A DNA stretch of 64,000 nucleotides from Candidatus Omnitrophota bacterium (GTDB lineage Bacteria > Omnitrophota > Gorgyraeia > Duberdicusellales > 4484-171). The notes below the pieces were generated by a model. The model did not search any database. It was given only the letters and a program-made list of their open reading frames with translations, and was not told the origin of the DNA. The position numbers were made by a program, and so were the translations under genes. The stretch is from assembly GCA_003154195.1 (NCBI GenBank), contig PMCS01000005.1:9449-73448 (forward strand), in the 5' to 3' direction. This document shows, one piece after another, positions 9,194-18,303 of this stretch (the stretch's first letter is position 1; every line of letters starts with the position of its first letter).

Positions 9194-9754
9194 TCACTTC
9201 TGTTTCCAGACTTTGCCCTCTTTTTTTTGAACTTCAAACCAGCAGCCGGCCTTGGCTCTCTGATAATGGTCGATATAAAAAAATTGCTGCGCTCCCTCTA
9301 CCGCTATTTTATTATTTTCGGCGGTGGCTTTATAGATAATCTCGCGATCCCGGTTTTCCGCCTCAACCGCTTGCGTAACTTTTCCCTTGAAATCGTCGGG
9401 CACGCCATCCCTTACCTGCAAAAAAGCGTCAAGCTTTTCACCGACATAACCCTTGACGGAATAATCTTCTATCTCCGGCGCCCTGGCCTTGCGGTGCGCA
9501 ATCGCTTCGTCGACGGCGGCAACCGGCGTTTCCTGAGCATAAGCTTCCGGAACGATTACCTTCAATAAAGAGTTAAGCTGCTTTTCTTTTTTTCCGTAAA
9601 TCCGGTCTTCAATGGACGAGGCTTCTTTCTCCACATGCTGATAAATATCGATACGCATCGTCACATCTACCTTAATCGGCTTAGTCGCCTCGACGCTGAG
9701 TTTCGCGCAGCCTAATACCGCCGCTACCATTGCAATAATCACCAGCTTTTTCAT
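9194..9754 (-). CDS. Lipoprotein, YnbE-like N-terminus fused to a YdbL/DUF1318-like domain
   Basis: MKKLVII...VLGC lipobox, KPIKVDVTMRID, GYVGE, ENRDR..IY, AG.W; RBS GGGAGG. Confidence 0.7.
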   Translation of the reverse strand: MKKLVIIAMVAAVLGCAKLSVEATKPIKVDVTMRIDIYQHVEKEASSIEDRIYGKKEKQLNSLLKVIVPEAYAQETPVAAVDEAIAHRKARAPEIEDYSVKGYVGEKLDAFLQVRDGVPDDFKGKVTQAVEAENRDREIIYKATAENNKIAVEGAQQFFYIDHYQRAKAGCWFEVQKKEGKVWKQK

Positions 9755-9782
9755 AGTTAACCTCCCTATCTTACCGTAAAGC

Positions 9783-9897
9783 CGTAGGATGCCCGCAGCC
9801 TTCGGCTGCTTGGACGTAGGACGCAATAATGATCAAGAACGTTCCTCAAACCCCTCGTCCTTACATCCCAGCGAAGAGAACGTCCCACGTCCTACGG
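9783..9897. repeat. Short 7-mer fold-back element (CGTAGGA / CGTCCYA)
   Basis: cgtaggatg...ggacgtaggacg ... cgtcccacgtcctacg with nested gcagccttcggctgc. Confidence 0.55.
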
Positions 9898-9900
9898 TAT

Positions 9901-11046
9901 TTAGTCACCGCCCGCCCGATGCACCGGAACGTCGATGTCCCGCCTTCCCTGCGCGAAAGAATCGAAAACAATCCGTGTTACCATCTCGTCATTAACCATA
10001 GTAATTTTTATGATTCCACTATTATATGCATAATTTTTAAAACCGTCAATCAGCGTATTGTATTGTGTCTCATTCAACCCGCGGCGTAAAAAACCCAGCG
10101 AATCATCTTTTTTTATATCGATAAACCCCCCGCCGATATTGCTGAAAACCGCTCCCAAGCTGCTGATTTTTCCGTCCGCAATGAATAGATTAAGGCCGGC
10201 GTCAAAAAGCCCATCAGCCCGAAAATCACCTTTGTCCACAAGAATGCCGACCACGCTGTCTAATGACATATCTTTAAGGTTAAGCCCAACCGCGATATCG
10301 CGATAACCGGAAAAAATAATCGCTCCAAAAATTTCCGCCCGGGGGCCGAAGAAGATATTCTGCGCGTCAACTAATATAATATTGCTTCCTTCGATTTTCA
10401 AAGGAACCGTTAACCCTTCGATGCTTCTTTTACCGATTTTTGCCCCGTCAATTTTTAAACTATACAGACCGCCGCCGCAAGGCAAAAGGCTCAAGCGGTT
10501 GATGATTAAATCACGGGAGGAAAAATTAAAATAATCAATCCGCGCGGCCGATATGCCGATTATCCTTTTATCGTCGACTAAACATTTCAAAAATAAAGCG
10601 GCGGCGAACTCCGCCTCGGTTCCGGTATATTTTATTTGTATATTTTTTAGTTCAAGGGGCAGAGGAAAAATATTGAAGCCGGTATTAACTTTAGCGGAAT
10701 TGGTAAATTTAGCGGCTAATCTGCGTTTAAGCCGCGCGGGATTTTTTACGGTAATTTTTGCGCCATCAATACCGACGGCGCTGATTGCCGGAGGAAAAAT
10801 ATTAAAATTTACGCTAAACCTTGATAAAATAACTTCGATATCTTCATCGATAAAACTTAAATTAACCAGGGCCGCGCCCGCCCCTGAAATCTTGGCGGCT
10901 TCGACACGACATTTTCCCCCAAACTCATTTTCGACGAAACCCGTGATATATTTTTTTAACGCCGTTTCTTTATAAAAAAATACAAATACCGCGGACAAGA
11001 CCGCAACCGCCAAAACGATATATCCAATTCTACGCACGCGTTTCAC
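9901..11046 (-). CDS. YdbH/AsmA-like beta-rich protein with N-terminal membrane anchor
   Basis: N-terminal TM, repeated beta-strand pattern, C-terminal GGG.I...KNYAY; upstream of the YnbE/YdbL-like gene. Confidence 0.6.
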   Translation of the reverse strand: MKRVRRIGYIVLAVAVLSAVFVFFYKETALKKYITGFVENEFGGKCRVEAAKISGAGAALVNLSFIDEDIEVILSRFSVNFNIFPPAISAVGIDGAKITVKNPARLKRRLAAKFTNSAKVNTGFNIFPLPLELKNIQIKYTGTEAEFAAALFLKCLVDDKRIIGISAARIDYFNFSSRDLIINRLSLLPCGGGLYSLKIDGAKIGKRSIEGLTVPLKIEGSNIILVDAQNIFFGPRAEIFGAIIFSGYRDIAVGLNLKDMSLDSVVGILVDKGDFRADGLFDAGLNLFIADGKISSLGAVFSNIGGGFIDIKKDDSLGFLRRGLNETQYNTLIDGFKNYAYNSGIIKITMVNDEMVTRIVFDSFAQGRRDIDVPVHRAGGD

Positions 11047-11055
11047 GGGGTATGA

Positions 11056-11565
11056 TTAAAGTGAATTACCACCGACTGAAGCCGGATGATTTTCTTTGTT
11101 TTCGATATATTTCACGAAAACAACAAGGTCGTCGCCGTCTTCGTAAAAATCTTTTATCCTGCCCGCCTCCTTAAAATCCTGTTTGAGGTAAAAATTACGC
11201 GCGGCGGAATAGTCGACCCTCGACGACGTTTCAACCCGTAAAATTGCCTTGGGATATTTAGCGGACAAAAAATCCTGCACTTTCGTTATTAATCTTTTGC
11301 CCATGCTCCGGCGCTGGAAATGCCGGTCCACCACAAGCCAATAGATATCCCAGGCAAACTCGGTCATGGGAGTTCTGCCAAAAATGACAAACCCGACCAC
11401 GCGGTCGCCGTCTTTTTCTTCAAAAATGCGGTAAGTGGTACCGGGATTGCCGCGATAATCCTCGACGACTTCGTTTAAGGTATCGATTTCAACCGATTTG
11501 AAAACTTCAGAGTTTCTGGCGATAGTCAGATAGATATCGCCGACGGTCAATTCTTGTTCGTACAT
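11056..11565 (-). CDS. GNAT family N-acetyltransferase
   Basis: IYWLVV..FQRRSMGK, VETSS, ARNFYLK, DFYEDGDD. Confidence 0.88.
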   Translation of the reverse strand: MYEQELTVGDIYLTIARNSEVFKSVEIDTLNEVVEDYRGNPGTTYRIFEEKDGDRVVGFVIFGRTPMTEFAWDIYWLVVDRHFQRRSMGKRLITKVQDFLSAKYPKAILRVETSSRVDYSAARNFYLKQDFKEAGRIKDFYEDGDDLVVFVKYIENKENHPASVGGNSL

Positions 11566-11604
11566 AGCCCCTCCTGAATATCATTGCATTTCTTTACGCA
11601 GTAA

Positions 11605-11719
11605 ACCCCGTTAGAGAACTCCGTTCTCTAACGGTCTGCGCTGACAGTGGCATTAGACCACCGTCAGCTTTATCGCTGGACAACCGCCGCCTAAAGTCGG
11701 CGGCTTTCTCTAACGGGGT
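11605..11719. mobile_element. MITE-like element with perfect 14-bp TIR ACCCCGTTAGAGAA; supplies the stop codon of the upstream ligase gene
   Basis: accccgttagagaa ... ttctctaacggggt. Confidence 0.7.
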
Positions 11720-12702
11720 AAAAATAAAGACCCGATTATTTTTCCGATCACCTGGTTATAGCCATACCCCTTAGAATAGGCTTGCTTCATAAAACCGCTG
11801 TCCCGATTGATATCGGGATTAGGGTTTACATCCAGAACAAAAAGTTCGTTATCTTTCTGGCGCAGATCTACCCGGAAATAGCTGCGGCAGTTTAAAGCTT
11901 TAGCGGCTTCCCGGGATAACGATATTATCCTATTTTTAATATTTTTATCAATATTTTCCTTAAGCGAAGGCATAATTTTTTTAAACTCCAGGGACTGCCG
12001 ATTCCACTTGGAATTATAAGTTAAAAAAGGCGGCAAGCCTTTATAACGGGAGTAATCAATAACGGAAATACCCAGCAATTCATACGGCCAATTGCCCAGA
12101 AACCCCACGCTATACTCTTTACCCCATAAGAATTCCTCTACGATAACACCGTCGGAGAATTGGCGCAGCTTGTCTTTAACGATAGCGGGCAAATGTTTTT
12201 TCGAAGCCACTAAAGAATTATCGTCAATACCGAGGCTGGCGTCTTCGCGCGCCGGCTTGACAAAAACAGGGTAACGCAAAAGCTCCGGTTTAAGATCGCC
12301 TAATGCCTTGATATGCAATCCCGCCGGCACGGCTATACCGCGGCGCGCCATAATCCGTTTAGCCGCGCTTTTATCCAGGCAAGCATTAAGCGTCCGGGAA
12401 CCGTTCCCGGAAAAAGGTATTTTTATTTCCTCTAAAATTTCGACAAAATCTACCTCTTTTTGCGCATCGCCGCTGAAACCCTCGAAAAGATTAAAAATAC
12501 AGCAGGGATTGAACACGGCGATTTTTTTCTTTATTAACCCGCGGGTTAAGAAATCTTTTTTCGTAATCCCCACGGTAACGGCGCTAAAACCATTTTTTAA
12601 AATAGCCCGGCGCACGCAGGTATAACAACGCACGATGTCCCGCATATCCTTGCGCAATAACCTTTCCCGCGGAATAATAATTACTACTTTATTACTATGC
12701 AT
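11710..12702 (-). CDS. ATP-grasp ligase, D-Ala-D-Ala ligase-like
   Basis: FNLFE, VFVKPAREDASLGI, VEEFL, YFRVDLR, DVNPNP; ATG overlaps the upstream stop (TAATG). Confidence 0.85.
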   Translation of the reverse strand: MHSNKVVIIIPRERLLRKDMRDIVRCYTCVRRAILKNGFSAVTVGITKKDFLTRGLIKKKIAVFNPCCIFNLFEGFSGDAQKEVDFVEILEEIKIPFSGNGSRTLNACLDKSAAKRIMARRGIAVPAGLHIKALGDLKPELLRYPVFVKPAREDASLGIDDNSLVASKKHLPAIVKDKLRQFSDGVIVEEFLWGKEYSVGFLGNWPYELLGISVIDYSRYKGLPPFLTYNSKWNRQSLEFKKIMPSLKENIDKNIKNRIISLSREAAKALNCRSYFRVDLRQKDNELFVLDVNPNPDINRDSGFMKQAYSKGYGYNQVIGKIIGSLFLPR

Positions 12703-14150
12703 TAAATTACCAAAAGCCTCCATGGCGCCACGTATACGGAAAAAACTTTGCCCATTAAAATTATCCGGCTGAAAATATATTCGGGATTGCCCAGGCTCCA
12801 AAGGGGAATCTTCAGAAACAATTCATTGCCCCGGGAAATCAATTCAGCCCCGGGAATACGAAATGCCTTGCGATTGGCGTAAGCGATAACCCTCTTGTTT
12901 TTCGCCCGCAAAAATAGTTTCGGCATTTCGCTGAAATTCCGGTCCTGCCGGTAACCTAAAAGATGGATATGCGCCCATATCTGCGGCGCGACATTTTTGT
13001 AAAAAGAAATCTTCAGATACAGGAAACCGGGATCGCGGCGCAAATAAATATCCGAGATAACTTTCGAGTACAATTCTCTCGGATAACGACGGTCATTTTT
13101 AGTCAAAACGAGCTGCGGCTGGGTATAAAACAGTTCGTTCTTACGCACGAAACTTAAAAGATAGGATTTTTTGAAAGATAGCTGGCTCGTATATGCGAAA
13201 AGGGCTTTATACTTATTTTTTATTTCGTTATCCGTTAAAACTAATTTAATCCAGTTTTTATCTCCTGATTCCAAATCGGGCGGTGTCTCAAGCTCTTCGC
13301 CGGGAAAATACTGCTGGCGGCTCGGCCAATTTATTTTATGAACAAGGTACAGATAAACCACGGGGTCTTTCAACGTACGCCGTAAATCGAGCAACGCGAC
13401 GTTAAGATAAACAAAAGCGCTGCGGTGATCGGGATTAGTATCCTGGGGACTGGAAACAAAAATTTTTGTCGGCTTAAACGCGCTGAGGATATTTTTAAAA
13501 TCATTCAGAATGCTCCCGCCGATGTAAGGCGCACCGTAAGATAACGCGCTTTCGTAAGGAACCTTGTTGAGATGCGTTAGGAGGCTATGGAACGGATTTT
13601 CTTTATTCCAAAAATTCAAGAGAATGGCTTCAGTAAACCGATCCGGATAACCTAAAAATATAATGTCTCCCCCCGTAATCCCCAGAGAAGCCGTGGCGCT
13701 GACAGCTTCTCTCTGCCTTATTTTTCCTATCGTCACAAATCCGCTCCGGAATAGCGCTAATTGTTTTTTGTAAAAAAGAAAAGAAATCTCATTATAATCG
13801 CCGTTGGTAAAATATGCCACCTTAACGGCGGCTTTAGCGTTCAATGCCTTCTGGATAACGCCGCCTGAAGCGATGATTTCGTCATCCGGATGAGGGGCGA
13901 TTATCAAAACCCTATCCTGCGCGGTAAAATTTAAATCAGACTGGGCAAAGCAAGCGCTAAAAATTCCAAATAACAAATTCCAAATAACAAATAAATACCA
14001 AATTCCAATTACCGAATGGCCAAAACAGCTTCTGCTCTGGATATTGGAACTTTGGTTATTGGAATTTTCCCGCCCCTTATTATTCTGGCTTAGCGGGATC
14101 CCGCAAGAGACGGGAATTTGGGATTTGGGATTTGGGATTTGGGATTTCAT
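12702..14150 (-). CDS. PIG-L/LmbE family deacetylase with a repeat-derived N-terminus
   Basis: IIAPHPDDE, TNGD, RQREA, LGYPD, NPDH, Y.SQL; start uncertain. Confidence 0.85.
   Translation of the reverse strand: MKSQIPNPKSQIPVSCGIPLSQNNKGRENSNNQSSNIQSRSCFGHSVIGIWYLFVIWNLLFGIFSACFAQSDLNFTAQDRVLIIAPHPDDEIIASGGVIQKALNAKAAVKVAYFTNGDYNEISFLFYKKQLALFRSGFVTIGKIRQREAVSATASLGITGGDIIFLGYPDRFTEAILLNFWNKENPFHSLLTHLNKVPYESALSYGAPYIGGSILNDFKNILSAFKPTKIFVSSPQDTNPDHRSAFVYLNVALLDLRRTLKDPVVYLYLVHKINWPSRQQYFPGEELETPPDLESGDKNWIKLVLTDNEIKNKYKALFAYTSQLSFKKSYLLSFVRKNELFYTQPQLVLTKNDRRYPRELYSKVISDIYLRRDPGFLYLKISFYKNVAPQIWAHIHLLGYRQDRNFSEMPKLFLRAKNKRVIAYANRKAFRIPGAELISRGNELFLKIPLWSLGNPEYIFSRIILMGKVFSVYVAPWRLLVI
13961..14148. 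repeat. 7-mer fold-back repeat element overlapping the PIG-L 5' end
   Basis: (gggattt)n at 14113-14147, ttggaac/ttggtta/ttggaat and the inverse attccaa/ataacaa units. Confidence 0.85.
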
Positions 14151-14174
14151 AATGTTTCGATCAAATATAATTTT

Positions 14175-15194
14175 CTACTTTAACCGGACTCCATATCTCG
14201 CCAGCGCTTCTTTTAATATTATTCTCACCAGTTTTGAATAATTCCCGCCGTTAAGCCGGTAAAGAATCGGCAAATCACTGTAACACGGGCTAAGCCCGGC
14301 AAGAGGGTTGATATCGATGATACGGGGGATATTGTTTTGATCGAGCCGGAAATCAATGCGGGCTATATCGCGCAACTCCAGAGCGCGAAAAGCGCATAAA
14401 GCGTAGCGGGTGATTAATCCTCGCGCCGGAGAAGGAATAACCATCGGCGGCTCGTATTTTATTTTTTCCTTCCAGTCTCGCTTATTTTCGATGGAGTATA
14501 AAAAAAACCGCGGGGATTTTTCTTTGGGAGCAATACGCATCATCCCCAACAAACGGCTCTTGTTTGCGTTGCCGCATACTGCCGCCGTGATTTCATCTCC
14601 CGGCAAAAATTCTTCGATTACCGCCGGCTGCTTATATTTTTTTATAACAAATCCGACGCGTTTTTTCAGAGAACCGTAATCAACGGCCACGGAATTAAGA
14701 AATATCCCCTTGGAAGACCCTTCCCAGCGGGGTTTAACAATGAAATTTTTGCCTTCGTCAAAAATTTCATTGCCGAAGGGAAATAACCGGCTATCGTTTA
14801 CCAAATACATTTGAGGCACAGGAATAACATTAGCGCGTAAAATAACATTGGTGAGACATTTATCGAGAGTAATTCCCAGAGCAATCGGGTCGGAACCGGA
14901 ATAGGGCATCCTAAGACTTTCCAGAATACAAGGAACCTGAGATTCCCGGCCGCGGCCGGCTCCGATTCCTTCGGCAAGATTAAACACAAAATCAATTTTT
15001 TCACGCGCGAGTTTAGCGAAAAAATTACCGTCTTGTTCTAAGCGGACAGTCTTAAAACCATAACGCTTGATTTCGGTTTCCACCGCCCGGATGGTTTCTA
15101 TTTCGTCATACTCCTCGCAGGAATCATCCGAAGTATTTTTGCGTTTAAGATTGTAGGCAATACCGATAGTTTTGATAGATAATTTTTTAGGCAT
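14175..15194 (-). CDS. ATP-grasp ligase, D-Ala-D-Ala ligase-like
   Basis: EEYDE, FNLAEG, RESQVP, VKPRWEGSSKGI, IEEFLPG, ARIDFR, DINPLAGL. Confidence 0.88.
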   Translation of the reverse strand: MPKKLSIKTIGIAYNLKRKNTSDDSCEEYDEIETIRAVETEIKRYGFKTVRLEQDGNFFAKLAREKIDFVFNLAEGIGAGRGRESQVPCILESLRMPYSGSDPIALGITLDKCLTNVILRANVIPVPQMYLVNDSRLFPFGNEIFDEGKNFIVKPRWEGSSKGIFLNSVAVDYGSLKKRVGFVIKKYKQPAVIEEFLPGDEITAAVCGNANKSRLLGMMRIAPKEKSPRFFLYSIENKRDWKEKIKYEPPMVIPSPARGLITRYALCAFRALELRDIARIDFRLDQNNIPRIIDINPLAGLSPCYSDLPILYRLNGGNYSKLVRIILKEALARYGVRLK

Positions 15195-15207
15195 ACTATT
15201 TATAAAA

Positions 15208-15390
15208 AGTAGAGAGTCGACCTGCCGGCAGGGAGGGCAGAGTAAAGAGATAAATACTCGTTGATCGTTGAAAGGTTGCGTAACTCGTTACGGTATTCGG
15301 TAAAAAGACGGTAACCGTATAACGACAGCCGATTCCAGCTACGCAGCCGACAGCCGATTGACATATTTCTCTCTACTCTCTACTCTCTGA
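15208..15390. repeat. Composite fold-back element: AGTAGAG/CTCTACT 7-mer arms with inner CGTT/AACG-type repeats
   Basis: agtagagagt...agtaaagag ... ctctctactctctactctctg. Confidence 0.6.
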
Positions 15391-15440
15391 CAAAGGCAGT
15401 ATTTTACCACGCCTTTTAAAAATATAAAGAGACATTTAAT

Positions 15441-15484
15441 AAAAAAGCGCTGACTGTATCCTCGTCGGCACAATCAGCGCTTTG
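15441..15484 (-). terminator. Possible intrinsic terminator downstream of the kamA-like gene
   Basis: aaaaaagcgctgactgt...acaatcagcgcttt. Confidence 0.45.
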
Positions 15485-15599
15485 CTTCCTAACGTATTTT
15501 ACTAACCTATGTTTTCCCGCTTCCTTCGTTCTCGCCATTTGCTACAAAACGGCAAATGGCGAAGTCTCGCCAATTTGATTAACAAATTGGCGGACTTCT

Positions 15600-16763
15600 T
15601 TACCCTTTCGGACTGTAGTAAAAAAATGTTTCGTTCTTGTAATTACGCAACGTAACCCCATCGGGAGACATAGAAACCAGATAATTAGGGCTTATGGGAA
15701 TTTTTCCTTTACCGTCAATACCATCAACGACATACGTCGGTATGCACAACCCGCCGGTATGGCCTCTCATTTTTTCTAAAATCTCGATACCGCGCCAGAC
15801 GCTGGTCCGAAAATGCCAGGCACCCACCACCGGATCGCATTGATACATATAATATGGCCTTACCCTTATCGCCTGTAACTTCCGGCACAATTCGATCATG
15901 ACCTGTGGATCGTCGTTAACGCCGCGCAACAATACCGACTGGTTACTTATCGGTATGCCGCACCTCTGAAGCTTACCGCAAGCGGCAATTGAATCGGGAT
16001 TTACCTCCCGGGGATGATTAAACTGCACATTAACCCAAAGATTATGATATTTCTCAAGGACTTTACATAGATTGTCGTCGATACGCTCAGGCATTACCAC
16101 CGGCGACCTTGTCCCGATGCGCACAACTTCCACGTTGGTACGCCGCACCACCGACGATAAAATATAATCCAGCCTTTCGGTCGGCAAGGTAAGCGGATCG
16201 CCGCCGGATATAATAACTTCCCGTATTTGCGGATTATCCTGAACATAAGTTAACGCCAAATCGATATCTTTCAATGTCGGTTCGGCAAGCTTAGTATGCC
16301 AAAGCCTCTTCCTTGTACAATGACGGCAATACATAAAGCATTTTCCCGTCACCAGAAGCAAAACTCTGTCGGGATAACGATGCACCAAGCACGGCACGGG
16401 AGAAGTTTTTTCTTCCGACAACGGGTCTATCCGTTCATGCTCTTCCTGCCTTATTTCTTCCGGCGAAGGCACACATTGCATTCGTATTGGGTCTTTAGTA
16501 TCGGCATAATCTTTGATCAGTGAAAAATAATGAGGGGTAATCCGCATATGGTATGTTTTAGCGACTTGCCTTAGGTTGGTTTTGTCTTCTTCGCTTAAAG
16601 ACAGGTAACGAGACAGGTCCTCGACACTCCTGAGGGAATTCTTATACGCGGTATGCCAATTTTGGCAAGAAGTAATCACTAAAACCGCATTGTCACTGCC
16701 GGATTCTTCGATGCTACCGCCAGGCTCCTCGTCAACCGAGCCGACATTTTTTTTATTTTCCAT
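15600..16763 (-). CDS. kamA: KamA family radical SAM/PLP 2,3-aminomutase
   Basis: LVHRYPDRVL, CFMYCRHCTR, ISGGDPL, NHPRE, NQSVLLRGVND, PYY, G.GKIP. Confidence 0.9.
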   Translation of the reverse strand: MENKKNVGSVDEEPGGSIEESGSDNAVLVITSCQNWHTAYKNSLRSVEDLSRYLSLSEEDKTNLRQVAKTYHMRITPHYFSLIKDYADTKDPIRMQCVPSPEEIRQEEHERIDPLSEEKTSPVPCLVHRYPDRVLLLVTGKCFMYCRHCTRKRLWHTKLAEPTLKDIDLALTYVQDNPQIREVIISGGDPLTLPTERLDYILSSVVRRTNVEVVRIGTRSPVVMPERIDDNLCKVLEKYHNLWVNVQFNHPREVNPDSIAACGKLQRCGIPISNQSVLLRGVNDDPQVMIELCRKLQAIRVRPYYMYQCDPVVGAWHFRTSVWRGIEILEKMRGHTGGLCIPTYVVDGIDGKGKIPISPNYLVSMSPDGVTLRNYKNETFFYYSPKG

Positions 16764-16900
16764 TTAGCTATCATCCTCCTTTATTTTTTACTTCATAAAC
16801 AATAAAACATTTTATCCGCTTCGCGGATAATAAAATGGCATGCCGATTAAAAAATATTTTTGAATAACCGATTGTTTTTTCTTTTCTCTTGATCATCCGC

Positions 16901-17042
16901 CTAACCGGAAAAATTGCTGCCTGCTCGCAGCGCTCAGTCCGTCTCGCTCGCCTCTCGGCGAAGCTGATGGCCTTCGCCTTGCCGAGGCTGACGCGAATCA
17001 AAACGAACCGTTAGCGCAGGCGTGACATATTTTTTCGGTTAG
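16901..17042. mobile_element. MITE-like element CTAACCGRAAAAAT...ATTTTTYCGGTTAG with a nested palindrome
   Basis: Same termini and GCCTGC/GCAGGC inner arms as 20323..20397. Confidence 0.65.
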
Positions 17043-17082
17043 GGTGATTTTTATTTTTTGCTTCGCAAAAAATATAAAGCTA

Positions 17083-17613
17083 TTATTCTCCACCCAAATC
17101 AGTAGCATTCGAACCGGCATCAGCAACGTTCCCGCCTGCCGCGCCACCCGTTTTCTCGTCTACGCCGGCGCCTTCTTCCTCTTCAAAAACGTAATTATAA
17201 TTAGTCGCCTTTAACCCCGTAGCTGTTTTTTCCACGGTTATCTCGACTTTATCCCCTACTTCCAGATAGGAATCGTCTAAAAATTCCTTAGTCGCGGCGA
17301 TTTTTGTGTCATTGACCACGAGGTAACTGCCATCTTCGGCTATTTCCTTCACTGTTCCTTTTATAATATTATCCTTATTGGCCTCTTTACTCGCCGCAGG
17401 CGCCTCTTTGACCGCCACAGGAGCTTCCTTGGCCTCTTTAACTACGACAGGCGCTTCCTTCTTCGCGGGTTCCACTGCCGGAGCTGCCGCCGCGCCGCTA
17501 CCGGATGTTCCAGCGACCGGAGTTTCCGTACTAGTATTTTGCGCCGATACTAAACCACAAAAAAATGTCACCACGACTGTAAATAAAAAAAATGTCCGAA
17601 TTCTTCCTGCCAT
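17083..17613 (-). CDS. Secreted protein with AP-rich linker and DUF5666/OB-fold-like domain
   Basis: Signal peptide; IKGTVKEI...LEVGDKVEI. Confidence 0.65.
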   Translation of the reverse strand: MAGRIRTFFLFTVVVTFFCGLVSAQNTSTETPVAGTSGSGAAAAPAVEPAKKEAPVVVKEAKEAPVAVKEAPAASKEANKDNIIKGTVKEIAEDGSYLVVNDTKIAATKEFLDDSYLEVGDKVEITVEKTATGLKATNYNYVFEEEEGAGVDEKTGGAAGGNVADAGSNATDLGGE

Positions 17614-17633
17614 AACTCCTCCTTTTTTAAAAT

Positions 17634-17897
17634 CTATTCGCCGTCTTCCTCATCGGTGTCGTCCGCATCATCGTCGTCATCATCTTCTTCATCATCATAG
17701 TCTTCTTCTTCATTATCTTTTTCTTCAAGAGTCGCATCGTTGTCTTGCGAAACTTTTAATATCGGCGGATCGAGCTCAATAATCTTTAGCTCCGCGTAAC
17801 AATTAGGGCAAACGGTAGTATCGCCTATTTCCAAATCGCCCTCCAAGCCAAAACCTTCCTCACACCCGGGGCATTTGATTTTTTTCGCGCGCGCCAT
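17634..17897 (-). CDS. LysW-like zinc-ribbon protein with acidic tail
   Basis: CPGC...GDTTVCPNCYAELKIIELDPPIL; C-terminus DEEDGE (LysW consensus EDWGE). Confidence 0.75.
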   Translation of the reverse strand: MARAKKIKCPGCEEGFGLEGDLEIGDTTVCPNCYAELKIIELDPPILKVSQDNDATLEEKDNEEEDYDDEEDDDDDDADDTDEEDGE

Positions 17898-17909
17898 CCC
17901 ATCCTCCCT

Positions 17910-18092
17910 TTAGATGAGCCCTTCTGCTTTTAACTCCCTCTCTGCCTCGATCCAATCCTGAAACGCACTGTCGGCAGACCTCCCTTTTTGCTCCCAGATA
18001 TAATATGCCCTTTCCTTTATTTTCTCTAAATCATCGTAAGAATACAAAGACGCTATTTCCCGCGCGTTTTTGTTTTTTTCTTTTTTCTTCAT
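17910..18092 (-). CDS. DUF2934 domain protein
   Basis: IKERAYYIWEQKGR...DWIEAEREL; RBS GGAGG. Confidence 0.85.
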   Translation of the reverse strand: MKKKEKNKNAREIASLYSYDDLEKIKERAYYIWEQKGRSADSAFQDWIEAERELKAEGLI

Positions 18093-18112
18093 CCTCGGCC
18101 CCTCCAAATTTG

Positions 18113-18140
18113 ATTATATAAAAAATATACCTCCTGTCAA
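18113..18140 (-). promoter_or_regulatory. Sigma70-type promoter for the DUF2934-LysW-like operon
   Basis: Perfect TTGACA-N16-TATAAT on the minus strand. Confidence 0.7.
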
Positions 18141-18148
18141 ATATTTTT

Positions 18149-18207
18149 TAATGAGACTTCGCCGAAATCAAGCCCAAAGGGCACAGATTGAGGCGGTAGT
18201 CGAATTA
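18149..18207 (-). mobile_element. MITE family TAATTCGACT...AGTCTCATTA, copy 1
   Basis: Reverse complement taattcgactaccgcctc...cggcgaagtctcatta matches the copies at 41571 and 62917. Confidence 0.75.
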
Positions 18208-18303
18208 CCCTGAGCGACCGAAGGGAGTCGAAGGGTAATGAGCTTGGAACTTCACTGTAACGACAATCATACTCTATCACAAAAAAAATGAAAAATCCAC
18301 TTT

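Noticed and set aside
15600-16763. EF-P beta-lysylation enzyme EpmB
   Set aside because: No efp or epmA is adjacent; the length and context fit the KamA/ligase cluster better. Not formally excluded.
16771-17001. Small ORFs 16771..17001, 20204..20416, 32341..32577 and 62740..62973
   Set aside because: They coincide with palindromic or MITE sequences and lack an RBS or protein-like features.
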